A stretch of 64,000 nt of DNA from positions 4,684 through 68,683 of the forward strand of contig DATMBM010000004.1 in NCBI GenBank assembly GCA_035559235.1, written 5' to 3'. A program made the translations under genes and the position numbers. The notes beneath the pieces are model-generated. The model did no database searches. It saw only the letters and a program-made list of their open reading frames with translations, and had not been told where the DNA came from. Shown one piece after another: positions 35,268 to 44,239 of this stretch. Positions within the stretch are counted from its first letter, which is position 1, and every line of letters starts with the position of its first letter. This DNA comes from Minisyncoccota bacterium. GTDB taxonomy: Bacteria; Patescibacteriota; Minisyncoccia; Phycocordibacterales; UBA2100.

Positions 35268-35489
35268 TTACGGCTCCCGAGAAGAAAACAGCGCTGCGAC
35301 GGATCGCAACATGTACGTTAGCAACATGAGTATCAGTATGATCGGCGCTGATACACTTGCGCTCGCCACCAAGGCCATCCAGGCCAGCAGTGCAAGGTCA
35401 GTGCCTAGCGCGTAGTTATTTAAGATGATCCACAGCGTTTCCAGCGGGATGATCACAACGGCGGCCACTAACGCCAATCGGATAGTCAT
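35268..35489 (-). CDS. Small 2-TM membrane protein
   Basis: AAGGAG RBS; hydrophobic 73 aa. Confidence 0.55.
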   Translation of the reverse strand: MTIRLALVAAVVIIPLETLWIILNNYALGTDLALLAWMALVASASVSAPIILILMLLTYMLRSVAALFSSREP

Positions 35490-35566
35490 CGCACGTTCTC
35501 CTTGTGAAGTGCCCACGCCGGTGGGCATCCTGCGCTGACAATATACTGCCGCTTACCGGCAGTCAA

Positions 35567-35704
35567 TTAGTTAAACAGCGTAATCAAAAACTCAGGCAAG
35601 CCCGGCGCGAAAAAGAGCACCATGCCGAAGATGATAAGGACGGCGACGATGCCCCACACGACGTTCAAGACCTTTTTGGTTCTCCGATGGAATAAGAAGC
35701 TCAT
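35567..35704 (-). CDS. 45-aa single-TM protein (absent from the ORF track)
   Basis: Translated by hand: MSFLFHRRTKKVLNVVWGIVAVLIIFGMVLFFAPGLPEFLITLFN; basic N-terminus then TM helix. Confidence 0.6.
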   Translation of the reverse strand: MSFLFHRRTKKVLNVVWGIVAVLIIFGMVLFFAPGLPEFLITLFN

Positions 35705-35811
35705 ATTTCAGTGGTACAGCTACAGCACTTCCGTCGTCGCTCGCTCGGAAAAGCCGTAAACGCAATCCCCGGCTTTTCTCTCGCTTCACTAGACGGTAGA
35801 ATCGTACCACT

Positions 35812-36180
35812 ATGGCGACGTTTCAGCAAAGGCGTGACCCGCTGCGCCTCATGTGGCGGCGGCTCGGAGCGATCTTCATGCTCGTCATCATTGCGGTTGC
35901 CCTGCGCGGCGTGTGGGGAGTCTACCAGAAAGCGCAGGAATCGGCCGTCCTTCGCGCCGAGGCCGAAGCCAAACTGGCCGAACTTAAGGACCGAGAGCAC
36001 CAACTCCGCACGGACATCGCCAACCTCAAAAGCGAACGTGGAATAGAGGCGGAGCTGAGAGAGCGCTACGACGTCGCGGGAGAAGGCGAGGGGGTAATTG
36101 TTATCGTCGAGCCGCCAACACCTCCGCCCGAGCCGCCCGCGTCGCGTTTCCAGCAGTTCAGAAACTGGTTTTCCTGGTGA
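35812..36180 (+). CDS. Septum formation initiator (FtsB/DivIC-like)
   Basis: TM helix, coiled coil, IEAELRERY...GEGVIVIV. Confidence 0.75.
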   Translation: MATFQQRRDPLRLMWRRLGAIFMLVIIAVALRGVWGVYQKAQESAVLRAEAEAKLAELKDREHQLRTDIANLKSERGIEAELRERYDVAGEGEGVIVIVEPPTPPPEPPASRFQQFRNWFSW

Positions 36181-36199
36181 AATATGGTATAGTGTTGTC

Positions 36200-36503
36200 C
36201 TGCGCTAAGCAGCCGCTTCGTCCAAGACGGAGAGGAAAGTCCGGACACGCGTGATTCAGTTCAAATGGTAGCGGGTAACGCCCGCCCGGGTAATCCGAGG
36301 GATGCGAACAGAGACGTCCGAGCCGAGAGGCGAGGAGATCCGCAAGGATCAGCTGATACGGAAACGTATCAGGTGCAACGGCAAAATTCCTACCTGCGTG
36401 CAAGGTCGTGTCACCCAACATGGGTGGAGAACCGCTCGAGGTGGTTGGTAACAACCATCCCAGATACATGGCTGCTCTCGACAGAATCCGGCTTATTGTG
36501 CAG
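36200..36503 (+). ncRNA. rnpB: RNase P RNA
   Basis: GAGGAAAGTCCGG and ACAGAATCCGGCTTA P4 signatures; P1 ctgcgc/gtgcag; TGgTATAGT just upstream. Confidence 0.95.
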
Positions 36504-36683
36504 CGAACGAGCGAGGCGAAAAAGCCTCGCTTTTTCGTTTCCGAGAGAGCAAACAAAAAACATAGTGAGTATCGCGCATAGCGAGCAACGCAAGCACGCG
36601 TTGCTCGTTTGCGTTCGAATGATGAAAATCTGTGGAAATCATCACGCAAGGTGAGCGGATTTCGCATGGTATTCTATATATCC

Positions 36684-39023
36684 ATGGCTCCAACCGCACA
36701 CAGCGGCGCAGTGGCAGTCCTTGACGGCATTGCGCGGCTTGCACTTATCGGCTTCGTTGCGCTGCTTCCCATATTCGTCATCCCTTTTCCGTGGGCGTCG
36801 ATTCCGCAGTCCAAAATGATTTTTATCGCTCTCGTCGCGCTTATCGTCGCGCTCATCTGGGCGCTCGCACGTCTCATTGAGGGCAAGATTGATATCCCGC
36901 GCGTCTCGTTGATGTGGGCGGTGTTGTTGCTGCCTATTGCATACGCCGTCTCGGTTGCCGCCACCGGTTTTACGGGAGCATCCCTTGTCGGACAGGGGAT
37001 CGAGCAAGACACACTAACCGCCGTCACGATGTGGTACGTAATTTTCGCGCTCACCGCACTTTTGTTTGCCGGCCATTCCGCGGGACTGCGCGCCATGCTT
37101 CGGGCGCTCGTCGTCGGGCTGACAATCTTTTTCGGGTTGCAGGTGCTGTATATTTTCTTCCCGACTTGGTTTAGTCTCGGCGTCCTGCAAGGACCGACGG
37201 CGAATGCGCTTGGGAGCTGGCATGATCTTGGTATTGTCGCGTCCCTCGGCCTCTTTCTCTCGGTGGTTCTCGTGCGCGGCGGCGCATTCGCCGGGACGTG
37301 GCGCATCGCGCTTGCGGCGCTCGGCATTCTTTCTACCTTTCTAATTATCGTCGTCCATTTTACGGACATACTCTGGGGAGCCGCGGCGCTGCTCGTACTT
37401 GCATGGGGCATTCTTGTGCGCGGACGCCTGCATGCAGACGGTCTACCGCTTTCACAAGCGGTCGCGCGGACGATAGCTGTCCCCCTTCTTGCCATTCTCT
37501 TTGGGTTCGCAGCGGCGTTTGGCACTCAGGTGTGGGGCAAGCTGCCGGCCCCCATCCTTATCACGGAGGTCGAGGTCCGGCCGTCGTGGCAGGGAACGCT
37601 CGATGTCGGGCGCCAATCGCTCGGCGCGCCCTCGTCGCTTCTCTTTGGTACCGGACCGAATTCGTTCATCCGCGAATGGGCGGAGCATAAGCCGGCTGGC
37701 GTGAATGTGACGCCGTTTTGGAACGCCGATTTCAACTACGGTATCGGCATCATCCCGACCTCCGTCTTCACGGCGGGGCTTGTTGGCACGATCGCCTGGA
37801 GTGCAATCGTTCTCGCGATCCTCGCGCTCGGGTGGCGTTTCGCGTCTCTCATCATGCGTCGCGAGTACACCGGAGCGATGCTCCCGCTCTCGAGCCGTCA
37901 CACGTTGTTCGGCGCTCTGCTTGTAGGCGCCGCGTACCTTCTCATATTCCACCTCATCTATACGCCCGGCCCGGCATTTACGAGCATTATGTTCGTGATT
38001 TTCGGCCTACTCGCAGCCGTCGCGAATGATAACCCCGTTCGCACGGTTTCCACGGAAAATATGACAAGCGCGATCGCGTTCGCACTCCTCATCCTCCTCG
38101 TCGTGCCTGCCGGATTTGCCTCAGGCATTACGGCGCGGGAAGTCGTGTCAAACCTCCACGTCAACCGTAGCGCCGCAGCGTTCCGTGACAACGGCAATGT
38201 CGCAGAATCGGGACGCATGATTGAGATGGCGCTTGCCATCTCTCCGCGCAATGATCGCGCGCACCGCGCCGCATCCGAACTTGGACTCGTCGAATTGTCG
38301 CAACTCCTCGCAAACGGCAATCCGGAAACTCAGGAGGCGCTTACAAAGCTTCAGGAAACGCTGCAGCAAACGATCCAGCACGGCCTGACGGCAGTGGAAA
38401 TCGACGACGCAAATTACCAGAACTGGCTCGTCCTCGCGCAAGTGTATGACTCACTGGCAGGAGTCAACGTCGAAGGCGCGTATGAAGAAGCTCAGCGGAC
38501 GTATGAACGCGCGTTTGAGGCGAATCCGACGAATCCGGTCCCGAAACTACGGCTGGCGCAGCTTGCCGTCGTACGCGGCGACAATGCGACGGCGCGTACG
38601 CATCTCCAGGAAGCACTCGCACTAAAACAAAATTTCGCCGCGGCGTATTTCCTGCTCTCACAAGTCGAAGCGGCCGACGGTAACAATGAGGAGGCGATAC
38701 AGGCGGCCGCAACCGCCGTACAGCTCGTGCCGAATGATCCGGTTGGCTGGTTCAACCTCGGCTACATTTTGTATCTCGGTGACGTGTTTGTGGACGCGGC
38801 GGCGGCGCTCGAACAGGCGATCGCGCGCGCAAACGACTACGCGAACGCGTACTTCTTCCTCGGCTCCGCATACTATGAATTAGGCCGTCCAGAAGATGCC
38901 GTGCTTGCGTTCCAGCGTGTCCTCGAATTGAACCCGTCGGAAACGTGGCTCAACGACGTCATCAACAATATCGAATCCGGCAACGAGCCGTTTGAAGGGA
39001 TATCGCAAGCGGGGGAGCAGTAA
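36684..39023 (+). CDS. Polytopic membrane protein (O-antigen ligase-like) with C-terminal TPR repeats
   Basis: ~12 TM helices, LFGTGPNSF loop, TPR motifs (AAYFLLS, GWFNLG, AYFFLG). Confidence 0.8.
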   Translation: MAPTAHSGAVAVLDGIARLALIGFVALLPIFVIPFPWASIPQSKMIFIALVALIVALIWALARLIEGKIDIPRVSLMWAVLLLPIAYAVSVAATGFTGASLVGQGIEQDTLTAVTMWYVIFALTALLFAGHSAGLRAMLRALVVGLTIFFGLQVLYIFFPTWFSLGVLQGPTANALGSWHDLGIVASLGLFLSVVLVRGGAFAGTWRIALAALGILSTFLIIVVHFTDILWGAAALLVLAWGILVRGRLHADGLPLSQAVARTIAVPLLAILFGFAAAFGTQVWGKLPAPILITEVEVRPSWQGTLDVGRQSLGAPSSLLFGTGPNSFIREWAEHKPAGVNVTPFWNADFNYGIGIIPTSVFTAGLVGTIAWSAIVLAILALGWRFASLIMRREYTGAMLPLSSRHTLFGALLVGAAYLLIFHLIYTPGPAFTSIMFVIFGLLAAVANDNPVRTVSTENMTSAIAFALLILLVVPAGFASGITAREVVSNLHVNRSAAAFRDNGNVAESGRMIEMALAISPRNDRAHRAASELGLVELSQLLANGNPETQEALTKLQETLQQTIQHGLTAVEIDDANYQNWLVLAQVYDSLAGVNVEGAYEEAQRTYERAFEANPTNPVPKLRLAQLAVVRGDNATARTHLQEALALKQNFAAAYFLLSQVEAADGNNEEAIQAAATAVQLVPNDPVGWFNLGYILYLGDVFVDAAAALEQAIARANDYANAYFFLGSAYYELGRPEDAVLAFQRVLELNPSETWLNDVINNIESGNEPFEGISQAGEQ

Positions 39024-39025
39024 GC

Positions 39026-39667
39026 TTACTTCTCTCCGTCCGCCACCCGCCAGAGGTACCACGACGCCACTGACGCGTGTTCGCGCCACTCTTTGGCCAG
39101 CTTTTCCATATGCGTGGGCGTCGGCAGTGTGCGTAGTTTGTAGACGATCTGAAAGCCCTTCCTGATGCCAAGGTCACCGGTCGGCAGGATGTCGAGGCGG
39201 TTCAGGGTGAAGATCAGGAACATATGCGCAGTCCACACGCCAACACCCCTTACCTGCGTGACATGCGTGATGATTTCGTCGCTCGACATGCGGGCAAATT
39301 TTTTCGGATCGATCGTTCCGTCGGCGAATTTCTGCGCAAGATCCTTGAGATAGGCGACTTTTTGGGCGGAGAGGCCGGCGGAGCGCAGGCTCTTCCGCGG
39401 CATAGCGAGAACCTCTTCAGGCTTCGGAAACGCGCGCGCGACGGGCTTCTCCCAGTCGATGGGCCCCGGCGGCAGGTTGATGTTAAAGAGCGCCACGAAG
39501 CGCCGGTAAATGGAGAGCGCGGCGGAGCCGGAGATTTGCTGGTAGATAATCGCGCGTGCGAGCGACTGGAATGCGTTCCTACCACGGCGCAGTTTTGGCG
39601 GTCCGTGTTTTCGGATGAGCGGCCCGAAATGCTTGTGCCGCCGCAAGAAGTGCAGTGATTTTTCCAC
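39026..39667 (-). CDS. DNA-3-methyladenine glycosylase II (AlkA-like)
   Basis: IIYQQIS, HhH motif RGVGVWTA, PTGDLG. Confidence 0.9.
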   Translation of the reverse strand: MEKSLHFLRRHKHFGPLIRKHGPPKLRRGRNAFQSLARAIIYQQISGSAALSIYRRFVALFNINLPPGPIDWEKPVARAFPKPEEVLAMPRKSLRSAGLSAQKVAYLKDLAQKFADGTIDPKKFARMSSDEIITHVTQVRGVGVWTAHMFLIFTLNRLDILPTGDLGIRKGFQIVYKLRTLPTPTHMEKLAKEWREHASVASWYLWRVADGEK

Positions 39668-39684
39668 GCGCCGAGTGTAGCACC

Positions 39685-40008
39685 CTATTTGCGCACTTCA
39701 AACGATGTGACGGTGATGCCGTATTTGTCGGCGATGTATTCGAAATCGGCGACCAGCGCGATGTGGCCGTCTTCGTACCAGACCGTGCCGCGACCGTCTT
39801 TTGCCTCGATCTCGGTAACGTACAACGTGCCGCCGAGGACTGCCGGTTCGGGAGAAAGCATTGCAATGTTCTGTCGTACGTATTCTTCGACGCTGGGGAT
39901 GCGCTGGTCATCGGGCGTCCCTATGGGCGCCTCGACGATGCCGGCAAAGTAGGCGTATGCGCCAATCGCAACCGCAACGGCAATGAGGAGAACCAGGAAG
40001 CGCTGCAT
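39685..40008 (-). CDS. Hypothetical membrane-anchored protein
   Basis: N-terminal TM helix, LSPEPAVLGG, YEDGHI. Confidence 0.7.
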   Translation of the reverse strand: MQRFLVLLIAVAVAIGAYAYFAGIVEAPIGTPDDQRIPSVEEYVRQNIAMLSPEPAVLGGTLYVTEIEAKDGRGTVWYEDGHIALVADFEYIADKYGITVTSFEVRK

Positions 40009-40077
40009 GAGCGAATGCTAGCATGGAAGGTGCATGATAAAAATGCCGTCGCGGCGGCCGTCGCGGCGGCGGTTTTT

Positions 40078-40467
40078 CTAGCCGGGACAAAGTGCGTCGA
40101 TCAATGCTTTCTTAAGTTCGTCCTGGCTGAAAGGTTTCGAAACGTGTCGTATATTTTTCAACCCGCTCGTATCTTCGATCATGGCCTTGCTATAGCCTGA
40201 TACGAATACGAAGGGAATTTCCCTCTCCAGCAGCAGTCTTGCCACAGCACATGAAGATTCGCCGTGTACCGTCTCGTTAACACAAGCGAGATGGACCGTA
40301 CCCTCATTCACGTGCCGCAACGCATCGTCGATGTTTTTTACTGCGACCGCATGGGCGCCCCACTCCGCCAGAAGCGCCTGCAACTCCATGCTGATAAGCG
40401 GATGGTCTTCAAGTATCAGCACTACCGCACCTATGAGAATATCTGGCCTCGACGCAATACTTGGCAT
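40078..40467 (-). CDS. Single-domain response regulator receiver, atypical
   Basis: VLILED, IPFVFVSGY, SKPF; AGGAGG RBS. Confidence 0.8.
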   Translation of the reverse strand: MPSIASRPDILIGAVVLILEDHPLISMELQALLAEWGAHAVAVKNIDDALRHVNEGTVHLACVNETVHGESSCAVARLLLEREIPFVFVSGYSKAMIEDTSGLKNIRHVSKPFSQDELKKALIDALCPG

Positions 40468-40690
40468 TAACATCCTCCTCGGCACTTGGTCACGTGACCA
40501 GTGTAACTATATCAAAACCGACCGTTCGTCCGGTGAGATGCTGAGCTGGCGGTAAATCCCTGCGTGTAGGGGAGGCTAACGGGTCAATTGCAATCGTAAC
40601 GCCGACATTCACAGCACATTCACTTTTTGGATGATCATTTGAGAACTATGTCACACAGGCTGAGGTGGGCGAGAACAGTATTGCGAGGTA

Positions 40691-41134
40691 CTAAGTCCCG
40701 GGCTCTCGATACTCGGAGTAGAAAATGTTGTTCTGAATGCAGTCGAACGCGATACGCATATAAGGGATAATATTCTCAGGCAATTGGTTGATGGGGTGCC
40801 AACTGAGATCATCACATTTTTCAGGTTCCAAGTTTGTTGGCTCGCCTTCCCAGTGTGCGGGAATCAGGTGGAAATCGATGTATTCGCGGTCAGCGGTAAT
40901 GCGATGTTGGGCATGAACCACCCGAAGATCTGTCGCCACCAGATCGATATCGGCTTCTTCTTTTGCCTCTCGCACCATAGCGTCGGCAATCGTCTCGTTT
41001 CCATCAACATGGCCGGCCACCACGCCATACAGTCCGTCTTTCCAGCCGGTATTGTGGCGTCTCAGGAGGAGAATGCCACCGTCTCGCACAAGGTGCAGGT
41101 TAGCAGAGACATACATTTTAAATTTCTCAGCCAT
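40691..41134 (-). CDS. NUDIX hydrolase
   Basis: GHVDGNETIADAMVREAKEE Nudix box; NLEPEKC. Confidence 0.9.
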   Translation of the reverse strand: MAEKFKMYVSANLHLVRDGGILLLRRHNTGWKDGLYGVVAGHVDGNETIADAMVREAKEEADIDLVATDLRVVHAQHRITADREYIDFHLIPAHWEGEPTNLEPEKCDDLSWHPINQLPENIIPYMRIAFDCIQNNIFYSEYREPGT

Positions 41135-41135
41135 A

Positions 41136-41936
41136 TCATCGTCTCAGGACGTCTTTCTTATAGTGCTTCAAGTATGCCACGACGATAAACGAGATGATGA
41201 CAAGCAGAAACCACGACGTGATCTTGTTGGTCGACACGACGCTCCACGCATGGATTTGGCTCGGGTATTTCCAGGCGCCGTAGAACGTGGAGATGTTTTC
41301 GGCGAGCCAGATAAAGAATGCGATCAGACAGAACGCAAGGGCGAGCGGCATACTGCGGCGCTCCTTCGTGACAAGAAACGTGACACTTGTGTGCGCAAAG
41401 AGCAGGAAAACTGCGGGAATGAGGACGAGTCGCAGGTCCGGTATGAAGTAGTTTGCGAAAAAATTAAGATAGATGATGATGCCAAGTATAAGTACAACAA
41501 GGTAGTTCGGCGGGTTTTCCAACTCAAGTTTAAAGATGCGCCAGGCCTGCGCGATGTAGCTGCCGACCGCCGCGTACATGAATCCGGCAAACAGGGGAAC
41601 GGTCGCAATTTTGAAAAATGCCTCTTCAGGATAGGTCCAGGAGCCGACCGCCGGATGCGTCTTGAAAAGCTCAAGCGCGGTCCCGAGGACGTGGAAGAGG
41701 AAAATTGTTTTCACCTCGTCCCACGTCTCAATTTTGGTAAGAAGCAGGACGATCTGCAGGAAAAGCGCGGCAAGGAACAAAAAGTCATAGCGATGGAGTC
41801 CAAAGAGGGGGATATGGTGCGAAAGAAACAGGAGCACGAAAAACGACCCCGCGAATATACATGCCCGCGCCTCCTTAGTGCCGAAAACAAAAAACTCCCA
41901 CAGGTAACTCCGCATGTCGGCGATCGTTTGCGGCAT
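41136..41936 (-). CDS. DUF817-family membrane protein
   Basis: KEARACIF, RYDFL, GFMYAAVGSY, AENISTF. Confidence 0.8.
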   Translation of the reverse strand: MPQTIADMRSYLWEFFVFGTKEARACIFAGSFFVLLFLSHHIPLFGLHRYDFLFLAALFLQIVLLLTKIETWDEVKTIFLFHVLGTALELFKTHPAVGSWTYPEEAFFKIATVPLFAGFMYAAVGSYIAQAWRIFKLELENPPNYLVVLILGIIIYLNFFANYFIPDLRLVLIPAVFLLFAHTSVTFLVTKERRSMPLALAFCLIAFFIWLAENISTFYGAWKYPSQIHAWSVVSTNKITSWFLLVIISFIVVAYLKHYKKDVLRR

Positions 41937-42029
41937 CAGGGCATTGTACCGCGGCGTCTGCGCAGAATTTTTGACTTGCTTTGAGGAGTGTTGTATTTTC
42001 TGTCGAGGCAAACGGATAGGAGGTGTGCC

Positions 42030-42584
42030 GTGGTCATCATTGGCATATCCGGCGTAAACGTCAAAGAAAACGACGAATCCCATTGGGACAACCTGGAAAT
42101 CGCGCTGAAAGAGCAACTTCCGCATGCGAAGTTCGTCGTTGAGCGGGAGCTCAATTGCCGCCCGTACAGTTTTTCACGCCTGCGGCAGCTAGCCTACAGG
42201 ATTGCGCTAAAGCACGATACGGGAGAAGAAATCGTGCTATTGGGGAAAAGTGCGGGCGGGATCGTTGCGCTTATCGTCGCCTCGCTCCTAAAAAATTCTC
42301 GTGTGCTCTTGATTGCCACTCTCTTTGCGCCACATCAATTCCCATTGTGGGGAGCGTATCGCTGGCTTCTGGGGGCCCCGCGCGATCCTGGTGTACCGAT
42401 CATCACGTTCCAAATGGTAGGCGACCGACTCGTGTGGTGGGGTGCACGGCATCCGCTTTCAAAATCGCACGTGGTATTGCGCTCGAATGTCCGCCATGCG
42501 CATAAGTATGCGCTGGTCAATGACCTTGAACTCGCCCGCGTCGTCGCTCGGCACGTTAAAGAAGCCCTCTTTCCCTCGGCCTGA
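42030..42584 (+). CDS. Alpha/beta hydrolase-like protein
   Basis: AGGAGG RBS before GTG; GKSAGG nucleophile elbow; GDRLV. Confidence 0.65.
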   Translation: MVIIGISGVNVKENDESHWDNLEIALKEQLPHAKFVVERELNCRPYSFSRLRQLAYRIALKHDTGEEIVLLGKSAGGIVALIVASLLKNSRVLLIATLFAPHQFPLWGAYRWLLGAPRDPGVPIITFQMVGDRLVWWGARHPLSKSHVVLRSNVRHAHKYALVNDLELARVVARHVKEALFPSA

Positions 42585-42619
42585 AGCCTCTGCGCTTCAG
42601 GCCGCTTCTGCGTGACGGA

Positions 42620-42783
42620 TGACCCTAAGGGGAATCTGCGTCAGCTCACTAAACTCGCTGCGTTCGTTAAGTGGCTTCTGCCCGGGCTCGCCCGTTGCCA
42701 AGGCGACATGGCTCCGCCTTTCGATTCCCGCACGCGACGTGCGAGGGCACGTCGCTTAGGATCAAATTTCCGTCCGGAAAATT
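42620..42783 (-). repeat. tRNA-Glu-associated palindromic element
   Basis: Antisense copy (42720-42731 and 42757-42769) and sense copy (42620-42636) of the tRNA 3' end. Confidence 0.6.
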
Positions 42784-42855
42784 TGACCCTAGCGGGAATC
42801 GAACCCGCGTTAACAGCTTGAAAAGCTGCTGTCCTAACCACTAGACGATAGGGCC
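42784..42855 (-). tRNA. tRNA-Glu(TTC)
   Basis: GGCCCTA...TAGGGTCA cloverleaf; anticodon arm gcagc-TTTTCAA-gctgt; GGTTCGATTCC; CCA not encoded. Confidence 0.95.
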
Positions 42856-42952
42856 GTTGTGTCGGCGTACGCCGCACAATATAGCCTATTTATTCAGGAA
42901 TTTGAAGTGGTGTCGGAATCATGTCAGAAACCTCGTGCTATGCTTTTTAACC

Positions 42953-43759
42953 ATGAATGGAAAAGAGGAGAAGTTCGGACTGCCCGAAAGACGGTATCGG
43001 CGGTCAGACGAATACTCCCGTAACCTGCGCCTTGCCATCCTTGCGGCGATCACGGGCGCTGGGGTGATTACGACCGATCCTGCGGAAGGAGCAAAGGCAC
43101 CACTGGGGAGCGATGCTGAGTTTATGCAAACGATCGAAAATGGCCCCCCGAGCAAAACAAAAGAGGAAATCCAATGGCTCCAGCAATACTATTCGCGTGA
43201 AAACGAGCAACAAGGACCCCATGTTCGAAAAATCAAGGCGCTCGGAAAAAAGTATCCCGACGTACTGCGAGCTCTCAAAGAATCCGAGGCTGAACAAGAG
43301 CGCTCACGCGCTGACGAGCGAGAAGAAGCCGTCCACCTAGTGACGCGGTACGAATTAGCCGCAGATCTCATCGCGGGAGAGCTTGAAAGAATGCGACGGC
43401 TATTCGCGTATGAGCCTGAAAGTGCACAACGTATCTTGCGCGGACCGATGGCGACCAAGGAAGAGAATGGCTACTGGTTTGTCTCGAACGTTGTACCGGG
43501 GCTCCGCAGCTTTGCCGAGATGTATGCGATCATGCGCGCGCTTAAAAACGACTATGGAACGCGTGAGCAACTGCGCCGAGAATACGCGAACCAGCCGAAT
43601 GTGCTGACGCGTGGCCGCATGAGTGATTTTCTGCAGCGAAAGGAGTCGTTCATGGAATTGCCGCTAGAAGTTCGAGACAGAATCCTTGCAGAGATCGTGC
43701 AAGAGGAGATAAAAAACCCGCCGAAACCGTCCCCTTCGTCCGGGCGTGAGAAGGGATAA
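42953..43759 (+). CDS. Hypothetical helical protein
   Basis: 268-aa ORF between the two tRNAs with a hydrophobic N-terminal segment. Confidence 0.7.
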   Translation: MNGKEEKFGLPERRYRRSDEYSRNLRLAILAAITGAGVITTDPAEGAKAPLGSDAEFMQTIENGPPSKTKEEIQWLQQYYSRENEQQGPHVRKIKALGKKYPDVLRALKESEAEQERSRADEREEAVHLVTRYELAADLIAGELERMRRLFAYEPESAQRILRGPMATKEENGYWFVSNVVPGLRSFAEMYAIMRALKNDYGTREQLRREYANQPNVLTRGRMSDFLQRKESFMELPLEVRDRILAEIVQEEIKNPPKPSPSSGREKG

Positions 43760-43912
43760 GGAGTGGGCAAGAAGGCTAAATTTTGCTAGTATGTCGCCAC
43801 TGGAGAGGTAGGAAATGCGGTTGACCGCATATCCCCCGGTGCGCGAAGCGCAAACGCCGATGTGAGCATAGCGAACAGGCGTTAGGAGCGTGGCCACCGA
43901 TACCTTTTCGAA

Positions 43913-43999
43913 GGAGAGGTGGCTGAGTGGTCGAAAGCACCGCACTCGAAATGCGGCAGGTTCGAAAGGGCCTCGAGAGTTCGAATCTCTCCCTCTCCG
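43913..43999 (+). tRNA. tRNA-Ser(CGA)
   Basis: GGAGAGG/CCTCTCC acceptor stem; ccgca-CTCGAAA-tgcgg anticodon arm; long variable arm. Confidence 0.95.
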
Positions 44000-44180
44000 C
44001 AAAAATAACGAGGACGACACAATGTGTCGTCCGACTATATTTTTACTGGAAGAGGGAGAGATTCGAAGGCGAGCATGGGGTGCCCGCTTAGCAAAGCGGG
44101 TCGTGCGAGCGTGGTCAGGCGGAGAAAGTGCGCGGCGGCGCAATTTTGAGCGCCTGGCCGAATCTCTTTGCACAAAGAGA
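44000..44180 (+). repeat. tRNA-Ser-associated palindromic element
   Basis: agagggagagattcgaa (44051-44067) is antisense to the tRNA 3' end; cgaatctct (44159-44167) is a sense copy. Confidence 0.6.
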
Positions 44181-44239
44181 AAAGAACGGCACATCGCGTA
44201 CAATCTTGATATTTCGTCAAAATTTGCTATAATATTGAG

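Noticed and set aside
36158-36744. ORFs overlapping rnpB
   Set aside because: The region is the RNase P RNA and its trailer
41052-41984. 310-aa + strand ORF
   Set aside because: Antisense shadow of the DUF817 membrane gene
42856-43912. Integrated island or prophage between the two tRNAs
   Set aside because: The tRNAs diverge, so the gene lies at their 5' sides; no integrase or flanking att pair
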